A stretch of DNA of 64,000 nucleotides, taken from Candidatus Kapaibacterium sp. Its GTDB lineage: Bacteria; Bacteroidota; Ignavibacteria; Kapaibacteriales; UBA2268. Shown in pieces: positions 20,359 through 31,144 of the stretch; the stretch's first letter is position 1, and every line of letters starts with the position of its first letter. Below the pieces are notes generated by a model, which was given only the letters and a program-made list of their open reading frames with translations, was not told the origin of the DNA and did not search any database. The position numbers and the translations under genes are program-made. The DNA is taken from positions 2,080,001-2,144,000 of the forward strand of contig OY761611.1 of assembly GCA_963664875.1 (NCBI GenBank), given 5' to 3'.

Positions 20359-21297
20359 ATGGAATATAATAAACAAGCCAAGACCATAGATGAGCAGATT
20401 GCTCTACTGACTTCAAGGGGTATGCTTTTTGAGGATAATGAATATGCGAAAAACATATTATCCAAAATATCATACTACAGGTTAAGAGCATATTGGCTCA
20501 CCTTCGAAAAGGAAAATGTAACCCCTGACTCCCACTTTTTTAAAGCTAATACTTACTTTGAGCAAGTCGTAAAAACTTATGAGTTTGATAGAAATTTGAG
20601 ACATTTAGTATTCAATTCTATCGAAAAAATAGAGATTGCCCTACGAACTCAAATGATATACTGTGTTACGAATAACACTCAAGATATTACATGGTACACA
20701 AAAACTCAATATTTCGAAAAAGTGTATCACTTTAACAATCTTATGGATTTATTTGACAAGGAATATCAAGACAGTAAGGAAGTGTTTATTGAACATTTTA
20801 AAAGCAAGTATAACGACTCACCTTACCCTCCTGCTTGGATGGGCTTAGAAATTCTTTCTTACGGACAACTTTCTAAGCTTTTTAGCAATCTAAAAAGAGA
20901 ATACGGTAAATATGACATCGCTAATTACTTTGGTGTTCCTTTAAGATTGTTGTTGTCCTGGTTTGAAGCATTGACTTACTATCGGAATGTATGTGCTCAT
21001 CACGGAAGATTATGGAACAGAAAGTCACCTAAAGCTCCGATGTATCCTAACAAACCTAAACCGAACAAGCCCCCAATCTTCAAATGGTTAGATTTTGAAC
21101 CTGCTGAAGATAAAAAAGACAGATTGTATGGTAGCTTAGCTATTATTTATCTGTTGCTCAAACCTCTAAACTACCACGAAGAGTATAAAAAAGAGCTGTT
21201 CGATTTAATAAATTTATATAACTTTTTGCCTTTGCATTATATTGGCTTCCCTGAAAAATGGGAAGAGGATTCTTTTTGGAGCAGCGATAATGTATAA
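20359..21297 (+). CDS. AbiD/AbiF-family (Abi_2) HEPN RNase
   Basis: EQIALL.SRG, ISYYRL, YEFDRNLR, IEKIEIALRT, PPAW..EILSYGQL and RNVCAHHGRLWNR (HEPN Rx4H). Confidence 0.92.
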   Translation: MEYNKQAKTIDEQIALLTSRGMLFEDNEYAKNILSKISYYRLRAYWLTFEKENVTPDSHFFKANTYFEQVVKTYEFDRNLRHLVFNSIEKIEIALRTQMIYCVTNNTQDITWYTKTQYFEKVYHFNNLMDLFDKEYQDSKEVFIEHFKSKYNDSPYPPAWMGLEILSYGQLSKLFSNLKREYGKYDIANYFGVPLRLLLSWFEALTYYRNVCAHHGRLWNRKSPKAPMYPNKPKPNKPPIFKWLDFEPAEDKKDRLYGSLAIIYLLLKPLNYHEEYKKELFDLINLYNFLPLHYIGFPEKWEEDSFWSSDNV

Positions 21298-22621
21298 AAA
21301 ATATGATAAATATAAAGATAGTGGTGTTGTTGGAATTGAGCAAATTCCTGCGCATTGGAATATTAGGAGATTAGCAACTTTGGGTAAATTCTCTAAAGGA
21401 TTTGGTATTTCTAAGTCAGACATCTCAGAATTTGGTGAACCTGCTATTTTATATGGAGATATTTATACTAAATATTGTATTAGGACAACTACTTTTCAAA
21501 ATTATATATCAACAGAAACTGCAAAGTATGCAAAAAAAATCAGATGTAATACTTTACTGTTGACGGGTTCGGGAGAAACAAAAGAAGATATTGGCAAATG
21601 TATAGTGTATCGAGGTGCTAAATCTGCTTATGCTGGGGGTGACATTATTCTCTTTGAACCATCAGAAACCAATAGTCTATTGCTAAGTTATATATTAAAC
21701 AGTGAATATGTGAAAGCTCAAAAATATGCAATTGCGAGAGGAGATATTATAGTTCATATTTATGCTTCTGCTCTTAGAGAGTTAACACTTGCCCTCCCCC
21801 CATTACCTGAGCAACAAGCAATCGCTAATTTCCTTGAACATAAAACTAAGTTAATCGATAATATTACAAGCAATAGAAGGCGGCAAATAGAACTGCTGAA
21901 AGAGGAAAGAAAAGCTGTAATTAACCGGGCGGTTACTAAAGGTATTAACCCTGATGTTAAGTATAAGGATTCAGGTGTAGAATGGTTAGGCGATATCCCT
22001 GAGCATTGGGAGGTTGTGAAGTTGAAAAATATAGCTTCAATTAAAAATGGACGAGATCATAAACATGTATATGATGAAAATGGTAAATATCCTATTTATG
22101 GGTCTGGAGGAGTATTTGGTCGAGCAAATGAGTACTTATATGAAAAAACAAGTGTACTATTGGGTAGAAAAGGTACTATCGATAAACCTATTTTAGTAAC
22201 AGAACCATTTTGGACTGTAGATACAGCATTTTATACTGAAATTTCGCAGCAAGTTTTACCAACAATATTTTATTATCTATGCAAACAAATTGATTTTGGG
22301 AAATATGTTTATGGCTCAGCTCTTCCAAGTATGACTCAAAAAGATTTAAAAGAAATTCATTTTGCTCTTCCTACAATAAAAGAGCAACTTGAGATAGTAA
22401 ACTACATAGAAGAGCGAACTAATATAATAGACAAACTAATCAGCAAATATGAAAAACAGATAGAACTTTTAGAAGAATATAAAACTGTATTGATTTCAAA
22501 TGCTGTTACAGGACAAATAGATGTAAGGGATTGGAAGGCAAAAAGAATGGAATATGAAGATAGAGAAGAATCGTTCGGCTTGGATATAGCTGCTGAAGAT
22601 AGTGTTGAGTATGAGAAATGA
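21290..22621 (+). CDS. hsdS: Type I R-M specificity subunit
   Basis: Two YKDSG..IP.HW repeats, two TRDs, PPLPEQQAIA and AVTG conserved regions. Confidence 0.93.
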   Translation: MYKKYDKYKDSGVVGIEQIPAHWNIRRLATLGKFSKGFGISKSDISEFGEPAILYGDIYTKYCIRTTTFQNYISTETAKYAKKIRCNTLLLTGSGETKEDIGKCIVYRGAKSAYAGGDIILFEPSETNSLLLSYILNSEYVKAQKYAIARGDIIVHIYASALRELTLALPPLPEQQAIANFLEHKTKLIDNITSNRRRQIELLKEERKAVINRAVTKGINPDVKYKDSGVEWLGDIPEHWEVVKLKNIASIKNGRDHKHVYDENGKYPIYGSGGVFGRANEYLYEKTSVLLGRKGTIDKPILVTEPFWTVDTAFYTEISQQVLPTIFYYLCKQIDFGKYVYGSALPSMTQKDLKEIHFALPTIKEQLEIVNYIEERTNIIDKLISKYEKQIELLEEYKTVLISNAVTGQIDVRDWKAKRMEYEDREESFGLDIAAEDSVEYEK

Positions 22622-22683
22622 TTTTATATTATTAAATAGTTTTATTATTTTAAAACATTGTACATAAGTAAATTGGTGCAAAA

Positions 22684-23835
22684 ATGGGTGCAGCACTTAT
22701 AAATAATGCTATGCTAAAATGGGCAAGATATCGGGCAAAAGTAGAAATCGATGTTTTAACCAACAAATATCACAAATATAAAGATTGGGAAGAAGGGATA
22801 TCTAATCCCAGTTTTAAACAAGCTCAGAAGTTAGCATCATTATTGAAAGTACCTTTTGGCTACTTGTTTTTAAACACTCCTCCTTATGAAGTCAGACAAA
22901 CTGTAGATTTACGTACTATAGATGACATAAATTTATCTGAATTTAGTTTAGATCTTAAAGAAGTAATAGCTGATGCAATTCAGAAACAGGATTGGTTTCG
23001 GGACTACATTATTGATGCTGGTGCCAAACCACTCGAATTTGCATCTAAATATAGTCCGAGTTCTCCTATTGAAGAAGTTGCTGAGGACATAAGTACAAGA
23101 TTAAATTTGAGCTACTCTACAAGACAAGATATTTCCAGTAAAGATGCAATGTTACAATACCTAACTGAACAATCAGAAAAAGTTGGAATATTAGTAATTA
23201 GAAATGGGAAAGTTGGGTTTAATACACATAGATCTCTGAAAGTAGAAGAGTTTAGGGGCTTTGCTCTCCCTGATGAGTATGCACCTCTAATATTTATCAA
23301 TTCAGCTGATTACAGAGCCGCTCAAATTTTCACTTTAGTTCATGAGATAGCACATATATGGATTGGTATTGAAGGCGTTTCCAATTATTCAATATCTCAG
23401 CAAGCAAACAGACACTCAGAAATTGAGTTACGGTGCAATGCAATTGCAGCTGAAGTTTTACTTCCAACAGAGTTGTTTTTAGAAAATTGGCGTTTACACT
23501 CGGAAAGATTAGCACAAAAGTACGAAGCATTAGCAAATCATTTTAAAGTAAGTTCTATTGTTGTTGCGAGAAAAGCATTAGATATGGAGCTAATTGATAA
23601 AAGTGATTTTTTCGAATTCTATAATATTTTAGTTAAGAGATGGAACGCTTCAAAGTCAAAATCAAGTGGTGGGAATTTCAATGCGTCTTTTCCTATTTCA
23701 AATAGTAAAAGATTCACAAAGACAATTTTGTATGAAATCTCTAAGGGAAATCTGTTATTAAGGAATGGAGCGAGACTTCTAAATTCCAAAGCTTCTACTG
23801 TTTTTAACTACGGGAAGGACAGAGGGATTTTATGA
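22684..23835 (+). CDS. XRE-HTH + ImmA/IrrE metallopeptidase
   Basis: LKWAR..WEEG..PSFKQ..LA..VPFGYL HTH; FRGF..PLIFINSAD..FTLVHEIAHIW (HExxH). Confidence 0.9.
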   Translation: MGAALINNAMLKWARYRAKVEIDVLTNKYHKYKDWEEGISNPSFKQAQKLASLLKVPFGYLFLNTPPYEVRQTVDLRTIDDINLSEFSLDLKEVIADAIQKQDWFRDYIIDAGAKPLEFASKYSPSSPIEEVAEDISTRLNLSYSTRQDISSKDAMLQYLTEQSEKVGILVIRNGKVGFNTHRSLKVEEFRGFALPDEYAPLIFINSADYRAAQIFTLVHEIAHIWIGIEGVSNYSISQQANRHSEIELRCNAIAAEVLLPTELFLENWRLHSERLAQKYEALANHFKVSSIVVARKALDMELIDKSDFFEFYNILVKRWNASKSKSSGGNFNASFPISNSKRFTKTILYEISKGNLLLRNGARLLNSKASTVFNYGKDRGIL

Positions 23836-24317
23836 AATACTTAATTGATACTAATGTCTTTATTGAAGCTCACCGCATGCGATATCCTTTTGACCTTTTT
23901 CCTTCTTTTTGGGAATGGTTAGCTGCTAAATTTGATAATGGAGAAATTTATTCAACGGATTTGGTTTTACAAGAGATTATGAACGGTGGTGATTCGTTGG
24001 CAACATGGGTGAAACAAAAAAAGAACGATAATTGGTTTATATCGGAAAGTGCTGATGATTCACAGCATGAGTTTATAAACATTGCAAACAATGTTATGAA
24101 GGCGAATTTCAAAGATAAAGCAAAACAAGATTTTCTTGCTGTTGCTGATCCATGGCTAATTTCAGTAGCTGCTGTAAATAATATGACTCTTGTAACGCAA
24201 GAAAAATCAAATCCAGCAAGAACCAATAAGATTTTTATTCCTGATATCTGCAATCTCTACAAGGTTCCTTATATAGATACATTAGGAATGATTAGAGAAT
24301 TAAAAGGTAAATTCTAA
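23832..24317 (+). CDS. DUF4411-family PIN-domain protein
   Basis: YLIDTNVFIEA..FWEWL..ADPWLI..LVTQE..IPDIC; overlaps the ImmA gene. Confidence 0.9.
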   Translation: MKYLIDTNVFIEAHRMRYPFDLFPSFWEWLAAKFDNGEIYSTDLVLQEIMNGGDSLATWVKQKKNDNWFISESADDSQHEFINIANNVMKANFKDKAKQDFLAVADPWLISVAAVNNMTLVTQEKSNPARTNKIFIPDICNLYKVPYIDTLGMIRELKGKF

Positions 24318-27271
24318 TGCAAAACCCGAAAGAAAAGAATTTTGAAGATATAATATTTGATTACTTTTCTAAAAGTCCCTTATTTGTGGCACGTTCAAAA
24401 CATCAGTACAATCAGGAAAAGATGTTTGATGTTGAGCTCTTAGAAACTTTTCTCCGCAAGACACAGCCTGTAGAGTGGAAAAAATTAGAAAGGCAGTTCC
24501 CCGGACAAGAAATAGAAGAAGTAATAAAAGAATTTAATGCTTTAAGAAGAAAAAGAGGAATCCTCGACATACTTCGATTTGGATTTACACTTCGTGGAGC
24601 TAATCTCAAATTTGCATATTTCAAACCTGCATCTGGTTTTAACAAAGAACACAAAGAAAAATATGAAGCAAATAGATTCTCAGTTGTTCGGCAGTTCCAA
24701 TATAATACCTCACACACAAAAGAGATTGATTTAGTTATCCTTCTTAATGGTATTCCTCTTATCACAATGGAGTTGAAGAATGAGAACACAGGGCAAAATG
24801 TACATCATGCAATTAAGCAATATTCCGATCCGAATCAAAGAGACCACAGAGATCCTTTTTTTAAGGCATGTTTAGTACACTTTGCAGTAGATAATGAGTC
24901 AGTTTTTATGACAACACAGCTAAAAGGAAAAGATACTTATTTTCTTCCTTTTAATCGTGATACCAAAAATCCTCCAATAGAAAACAAGTATGCCTCTTCA
25001 TATCTTTGGGAAGAGATATTGCAGGCGGATAGCTTGCTAAATATTTTACAAAACTTTGTAATGCACCAAAAAGATAAAAAAGGTAAAATCCTTCGAGAAA
25101 AACCAATTATCTTTCCCCGATTTCACCAATTGGATGTAGTTAGAAAACTGCTGTCAGATGTAAAACAGACAGGAAGCGGTAAAAACTATTTAATTCAACA
25201 TAGTGCAGGTTCAGGCAAATCAAAATCGATCTCTTGGTTGGCACATCAGTTATCAAATCTGTTTGACAATGAGAATCAGAAAATATTTGACAGTGTTATT
25301 GTAATTACTGATAGGCGAGTTCTTGATCAGCAGCTACAAAAAGACATTTTAGAATTTGAAAATACTAAAGGTGTTGTAGAAGCAATTGGGAAAAACAAAA
25401 CAAGTAGGCACTTAGTAAGAGCTATAGAAAGCGGAGCTAAAATAATTGTTTCTACATTGCAAAAGTTCGGTACCGATAACATTGCACGTATTGCAGATTT
25501 AGGCTGCAGACGGTTTGCAATTATTGTTGATGAAGCTCATAGCTCACAGACAGGAGAAAACTCTAAGGATTTAAAAGTTGCCCTTACCTCCGAAGGTCAA
25601 TTAAAAGAGATGTTGATAGAAGATGGGTACGATAATGAAGATCCAATCGCAAATGAGCTTGAAAAATTGATGAAGCAAAGACAGCAATTACCACATTTAT
25701 CGTTCTTTGCATTTACAGCAACTCCAAAGCCAAAAACTTTTGAAATATTTGGAATACCCGATAAAGAAAGAAACTCAGGATTTAGAGCTTTTCACTATTA
25801 TACAATGCGTCAAGCAATAGAGGAAGGATTTATTTTAGATGTGCTTGAGAACTATACGACTTATAGTAGCTATTTTGAGTTGATAGAAAAAAGTGAAGAT
25901 GTAAAGACAAAAGAATATGAGAAGGGTACAGCTCGTAGATTGTTGCTCAAAGAAGTAGGCAAACATCCACATGCAATCAGTCAAAAAGTACACGTCATGC
26001 TTGACCATTTCATGAACAATACTATCAATAAAATCTCAGGTCAAGCCAAAGCAATGGTAGTTACAAGCTCAAGAGCACATGCTGTACTCTACAAAAAAGA
26101 GTTTGATAAAATACTATCAGAAATGTATAACAACAGAACAGAAGCACTTGTCGCATTTTCTGGGGAGGTGACTTTTGATGGAGAGAGTACTGTTTATACA
26201 GAAGAAAAGATGAACCCCAAAGATGCGAAAGATATTAGAAATGCTTTTGATACTGAAAAGTATAGGATATTGATTGTTGCAAACAAATTTCAAACAGGTT
26301 TCGATCAACCTAAGCTGCATACAATGTATGTAGAAAAGGTTCTTGGAGGAGTTGCTACAGTACAAACTCTAAGCAGATTAAACAGAAGAGCAGATAATAA
26401 AATTGATACAATGGTAATTGATTTTGTAAACGAACAAGATAAGATTAAAAGAGATTTTCAAGATTATTACCAATCAACGATGTTGGATAAAGCTACAGAT
26501 ACGCAGAAATTATATAATCAAAAATATGAAATCGAAAAGTATCAGGTATTTACCAAAGACGATGTGGATACGTTTATAGAGCTCATATTAGAGAAAAAAG
26601 ATAATAGTGGTAAGATTATTAGTTTAATTCAAAAAGTTATAGAAACAGGATATTTGACCTTAGATGATGAAGAAAAACCTGAATTTCGTAAGAAAACAAA
26701 TAATTACATCAGGTCATATTCTTTCTTATCTCAAATTATTACCTACATAGATATAGAGCTTGAGAAGTTCTATTTGTTTACTAAAATACTTTTTAAATAC
26801 CTGCCTTGGGAACGTGAGTCGCTGCCGTTAGAAATAACTGAGATGGTTGATATGGACAAATATGCTCTTCAAGAACAGGAAAACGGAAGTATATTGCTTG
26901 AAAAGCTTGATCAGATAATAGAAAACAAACAAAAAGACGGTCACGGGAAAAAATTAACTACTAAAGAAATGTTAGAAATAATTGTTACTGAAATCAATGA
27001 ACAATTCGGTTACGAGTTTAAGGACTTCCACAAAGTTATAAATGATGTTAAAGATTACCTCAAACAAAACGAATCTTTGAAAGCTACGATGCAAGCTAAA
27101 GATATTGGAGAAGCTAAACGTTTAAAATTCAACGAAGTCATAAACGAAGCTTTTATTGATAATATAGATAAGTTTATGGAAGTAGTTACAAAGATGGATG
27201 AAAACAAAGCATTTGAAAAATATCTTAAAGGTTCCTTATACAATTGGTTCCTAAGAGAACTTGACGAATAG
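24317..27271 (+). CDS. hsdR: Type I R-M restriction subunit
   Basis: D..ELKN nuclease motif, HSAGSGKS, DEAH, FTATP, QTGFDQP and QTLSRLNR. Confidence 0.95.
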   Translation: MQNPKEKNFEDIIFDYFSKSPLFVARSKHQYNQEKMFDVELLETFLRKTQPVEWKKLERQFPGQEIEEVIKEFNALRRKRGILDILRFGFTLRGANLKFAYFKPASGFNKEHKEKYEANRFSVVRQFQYNTSHTKEIDLVILLNGIPLITMELKNENTGQNVHHAIKQYSDPNQRDHRDPFFKACLVHFAVDNESVFMTTQLKGKDTYFLPFNRDTKNPPIENKYASSYLWEEILQADSLLNILQNFVMHQKDKKGKILREKPIIFPRFHQLDVVRKLLSDVKQTGSGKNYLIQHSAGSGKSKSISWLAHQLSNLFDNENQKIFDSVIVITDRRVLDQQLQKDILEFENTKGVVEAIGKNKTSRHLVRAIESGAKIIVSTLQKFGTDNIARIADLGCRRFAIIVDEAHSSQTGENSKDLKVALTSEGQLKEMLIEDGYDNEDPIANELEKLMKQRQQLPHLSFFAFTATPKPKTFEIFGIPDKERNSGFRAFHYYTMRQAIEEGFILDVLENYTTYSSYFELIEKSEDVKTKEYEKGTARRLLLKEVGKHPHAISQKVHVMLDHFMNNTINKISGQAKAMVVTSSRAHAVLYKKEFDKILSEMYNNRTEALVAFSGEVTFDGESTVYTEEKMNPKDAKDIRNAFDTEKYRILIVANKFQTGFDQPKLHTMYVEKVLGGVATVQTLSRLNRRADNKIDTMVIDFVNEQDKIKRDFQDYYQSTMLDKATDTQKLYNQKYEIEKYQVFTKDDVDTFIELILEKKDNSGKIISLIQKVIETGYLTLDDEEKPEFRKKTNNYIRSYSFLSQIITYIDIELEKFYLFTKILFKYLPWERESLPLEITEMVDMDKYALQEQENGSILLEKLDQIIENKQKDGHGKKLTTKEMLEIIVTEINEQFGYEFKDFHKVINDVKDYLKQNESLKATMQAKDIGEAKRLKFNEVINEAFIDNIDKFMEVVTKMDENKAFEKYLKGSLYNWFLRELDE

Positions 27272-27305
27272 CATCAGAAGTTCCATATTACAAAAAACAT
27301 ATTTG

Positions 27306-27338
27306 AAAGCAGTAGGTTGATATTTACTGCTTTTTTTT
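27306..27338 (+). terminator. Terminator after hsdR
   Basis: aaagcagta..tactgcttt followed by a T-run. Confidence 0.7.
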
Positions 27339-27945
27339 GTTCTTAAGGACAATCAATTCATTGTAATTGCTTTGCATGAATTATACTTTCATATTATATT
27401 TATAAAATATGGATAAAAGTATAAAAAGTTTTCTTTTAATACACTTTTGGAGGGTTTGCAACTGATTGATATACAATGAGTTACTGTATGATTCTACACT
27501 TTTATATTTTTTATTCTATACCAAAAAAAAATTAAATAAATAAATATCTTATAAAAAAAACAATCTAAAATATCAAAAAAAAAGTGTAAAACTACATACG
27601 ACAATATATAAGTCCTTTATTATCATATTGTTACTGTTGTTTACGATAATCACAATAAAGTGATATCCCCTGATAAAAAAAAGGTGCAGCTCCCAATAGC
27701 TACACCCAAGGTTGATAAAATCTTTAATATTATACTATATATATCTGAATTTTAGAAACTTTAGATTTAACTCACTGATTTTTATCAATACCCTGCCTTG
27801 TTTTATAAAATTTTGCAATTCACATATATAAAGTGAAGAAGAGAAACTTTCAAAAGTAAAGATTTGTTTTTCAGATATATAAATAAGCAGTCCCAAAACT
27901 GCAAAAATAAGAAAGCAAAACATTAAAGATAAAGGTTGAAAAATC

Positions 27946-30333
27946 ATGAACAAAGTAAACATTACAACTGCAATCAATCCATTTGTGATTGATAAGACCG
28001 AAAAGCATTGGATATTGACCTCCAAATTTAGAAACTATTCAATCTCACCAGAAGAGATATTGGATTACATACAGAAAGGACATCCCATATGTAGTTGTAA
28101 ATTATTAGAAAATGATGAGGGTTTTTGTTATCGTGATAGTGATAATTTTGTGAGTGGACAAATTATTGGAGTGGATATTGACAATAAAATTGGAGACATA
28201 AAACTTTCGATTGCAGAAGGATACGTTAGTTATGAAGATGCTTTATCAGACCCGGTAGTTACATCAAAAGCCTCATTTTTATATACTACAAAATCATCAA
28301 CAGAAGAGCATAATAGATTCAGAATTATCTTTGTTTTAGAAGAGCCTATTGAAGATAAAGTTCAATATAAGACAATAATTAGTCACTTTGCAAATTATTT
28401 TAAGGGAGACAAAGTGGCAACAGCAGTTTGTCAAATATTTTATGGCTCAAAAAATTGCACTTCAAAAATTTTCGGAAATGTATTAACGACAGAAGACGTC
28501 AATGAGATTTTGGAAAAAGAGAAAGAAAAAATCTTATCTAAATCAAAGAGTAATAACAAAAATTATATTGCTTCTCATGATTCGAATTTCAAAAACAATA
28601 ATCTTGAAAAAAAGGATTTAGAAGAAATTATATCATACATTTTCAAAGATGGGCACACAGAAAATGATATTTGGTTTAAAACAATATCCATTCTTAAAAA
28701 CCACACAATTCTTTCCGATGAAGAAATTCGTACAATAGTTAGTAAGTATGTTGAATTGGGCGATATAGATAAAAAATTGGAATATGCAGAAAAATATAAA
28801 GATGTTGGCATAGGTTCTTTAATTTATTTTGCTCAGCAAAACGGCTATATAATTCCTAATCACATAAAAAATAAAAACTCTACATTTTGGATGATTGAGG
28901 AAGACAAAGACAAAAATAAAGTAACCATCAATTACACAGACCTAAACAATCATCTTTCTGCAAACGGATTCAGAAAATATAGAGATACATTTATTCATAT
29001 TGATAATATGATTATTGAAGAGGTAAAAAAAGAGGATATAAAGAAATATATATTTGAGTATATCCGCACTTATAATAGTATAACTCCTGCAGACAAAATA
29101 ATGATAGAGGAAAAGATTCGTAAGTCATCCAATACGTTATTCCCTGCAATTTTTTCAAACTTAGATTTTGTAAATGAAGAAGATATTCAAGTCAAATCTC
29201 AAGATACCTCTGATACGGTATTTAAATATTTTAAAAACGGAATTGTTCAGATAACTAAGCAAAGTGTGCTGCAACTACCTTACAATAGTTTAAATTATTA
29301 TGTTTGGAAAAATCAAATTATACAGAGAGACTATGTAGAATCAGATGATAAATTGTCAGAAATAGAACAATACATAACGGATGTATGTACTAACTCTCGT
29401 AATGGCATCTTTGAAGTACCTGATTCCGAACGTGTAACTTTACTCAAAAAAGCGATAGGGTATTTACTCACAGGATATAAAGACCCTGCACATTCTGTTG
29501 CAATTATTTTAACCGATGAAGAAATTTCAGACACTCCACAAGGAAGGACAGGTAAATCCTTATTAGGCAAGATGCTTATGCAAGTATCACAAGTAGCTGA
29601 TATAGATGGGAGAAGATTGAATCTCGATAATCAATTTTCATTTTCCAATGTTAGTCCATCCGACAAAATAATCTTTATAGATGATTGCAACAAAAAGTTC
29701 GATTTAACAAATTTATTTCATGTTATCACCGGAGGACTGACAGTAGAAAAGAAAGGTAGAGACAGCATTAAATTAGAATTCGATCAAACTCCAAAACTTC
29801 TACTGACTACAAATAATCTTATTAATCTTTCAGGAAGATCATCGACTGAACGTGTTGTCGAAATAGAATTTTCTGATTATTATGCGAATAAAACTCCTTT
29901 AGAAAAATTTGGACACCGTTTAATAACGGAATGGGATAATAAAGAATGGGCAAGATTCGATAATGCGTTAATACGGTATATTCAACTTTATCTACGTGAT
30001 GGGTTGAAACAAGAGAATAAAAACAATAGAAAACTAAAAACAATTTTGGAATCAATAGGACAAGCAATGTTTGAATTTATAGAAAATAATATTGAAATAA
30101 ACACAGCTTATCCAACCTCATCAGTTAAAGAAGCTTTTAAAGAACAAGAAGAATTAGAAGCTACAGAAATAATGAGTCAAACTGCATTTACTCAGTCTCT
30201 GCGAAAATATGCTGAACAGTATTTAGGATTCCAATTACTTACTGGTCATAAAAAGAAGAAAAAATGTTTTGTCATTACAGATAATAAAAATTCTAAATTT
30301 TCAGCTTTTGAAATAGCAGATGAATACAAATAA
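27946..30333 (+). CDS. Primase-helicase replication protein (primase-like N-terminus, PriCT-like, SF3-type helicase)
   Basis: GVDID..YTTKS..RFRIIF primase motifs; IGSLIYFAQQNG; GRTGKS Walker A, IFIDD Walker B, TTN. Confidence 0.85.
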   Translation: MNKVNITTAINPFVIDKTEKHWILTSKFRNYSISPEEILDYIQKGHPICSCKLLENDEGFCYRDSDNFVSGQIIGVDIDNKIGDIKLSIAEGYVSYEDALSDPVVTSKASFLYTTKSSTEEHNRFRIIFVLEEPIEDKVQYKTIISHFANYFKGDKVATAVCQIFYGSKNCTSKIFGNVLTTEDVNEILEKEKEKILSKSKSNNKNYIASHDSNFKNNNLEKKDLEEIISYIFKDGHTENDIWFKTISILKNHTILSDEEIRTIVSKYVELGDIDKKLEYAEKYKDVGIGSLIYFAQQNGYIIPNHIKNKNSTFWMIEEDKDKNKVTINYTDLNNHLSANGFRKYRDTFIHIDNMIIEEVKKEDIKKYIFEYIRTYNSITPADKIMIEEKIRKSSNTLFPAIFSNLDFVNEEDIQVKSQDTSDTVFKYFKNGIVQITKQSVLQLPYNSLNYYVWKNQIIQRDYVESDDKLSEIEQYITDVCTNSRNGIFEVPDSERVTLLKKAIGYLLTGYKDPAHSVAIILTDEEISDTPQGRTGKSLLGKMLMQVSQVADIDGRRLNLDNQFSFSNVSPSDKIIFIDDCNKKFDLTNLFHVITGGLTVEKKGRDSIKLEFDQTPKLLLTTNNLINLSGRSSTERVVEIEFSDYYANKTPLEKFGHRLITEWDNKEWARFDNALIRYIQLYLRDGLKQENKNNRKLKTILESIGQAMFEFIENNIEINTAYPTSSVKEAFKEQEELEATEIMSQTAFTQSLRKYAEQYLGFQLLTGHKKKKKCFVITDNKNSKFSAFEIADEYK

Positions 30334-30342
30334 TATTTTTAC

Positions 30343-30375
30343 AAACCCTCCTACACTCAACTTTAGGAGGGTTTT
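30343..30375 (+). terminator. Terminator after primase-helicase
   Basis: aaaccctcct..aggagggtttt. Confidence 0.75.
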
Positions 30376-30376
30376 C

Positions 30377-30402
30377 TATAACAAATCCAAATTTCTTACG
30401 TA
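30377..30402 (+). promoter_or_regulatory. ECF-sigma-like promoter
   Basis: TATAAC-N16-CGTA; TGTAAC-N16-CGTA also at 51765-51790 (-) and 53704-53729 (-). Confidence 0.5.
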
Positions 30403-30424
30403 AATCAATTATAAACGATTTTTT

Positions 30425-30535
30425 GTATCAAGAACACATAAGTGTACCAACCGAGCAAAAATGCCACGGTGGTAAAGTGATACGGCTTTTATAAGCAAAA
30501 ACCACTTCTTGGTACTCCATTTTAACATAGGAGTA
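30425..30535 (+). ncRNA. SAM-I/IV-like riboswitch, copy 1
   Basis: P1 GTATC/GATAC, J1/2 AAGA, P2 ACAC/GTGT, P3 ACC-AA-CCG..CGG-T-GGT, P5 GCTT/AAGC, then a TACTCC/GGAGTA anti-SD hairpin. Confidence 0.7.
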
Positions 30536-30541
30536 TTTTCC

Positions 30542-31144
30542 ATGCCATTAGCAAAACCAATACCCGGATTCTCAATTCCAACTCGGACAGAGAAAAAGTA
30601 TTACAGATATTACAACACGCGTTGCCTAATTCAATCTCGCTCAGCAGAATTCAAAGATTTCTACAAAAATCCGCAAGGCTCGAGATACCTTGCCGAAAAA
30701 ATGGGTTGGACAAAACTAAATAAGTTTATTGGAAGAAGAGAGGGATGGGACAATTTATTGATTCCAATTCCAAAGACTTATCTTGAACTTCTTGGACTAA
30801 GTAAGGAAGATATTGAATATACAATTTCCTTAGATCAAGAGTATTATGATGAAATCCTAAAGACTGAAACTACTTATAAAGAAAGTTATTTAGTCTTCCG
30901 ATGGGCGATAAGAACAATAAGATTTCCTCATCCTTTGACTGAAGAAGAAGCTATTGATTTCAGCAGACAGCAATTGCTGAAGGAAAAGGTTTATAAACAA
31001 GTGCTGATAAATAGGATGCCTTTATATCAGCTTTATGTTACAAGAGAAAAGACGTTTTATGATTACAACAGACCTGCTTTTGCTTATGATGGAAAGTGGT
31101 ATAAGTTTATTAGCACACAATTACCGGGATTGTCTTTGAAATAA
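30542..31144 (+). CDS. Hypothetical protein with a possible HTH (LAEKMGWTKLNK)
   Basis: ATG at 30542 after AGGAG; first gene behind riboswitch copy 1. Confidence 0.7.
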   Translation: MPLAKPIPGFSIPTRTEKKYYRYYNTRCLIQSRSAEFKDFYKNPQGSRYLAEKMGWTKLNKFIGRREGWDNLLIPIPKTYLELLGLSKEDIEYTISLDQEYYDEILKTETTYKESYLVFRWAIRTIRFPHPLTEEEAIDFSRQQLLKEKVYKQVLINRMPLYQLYVTREKTFYDYNRPAFAYDGKWYKFISTQLPGLSLK

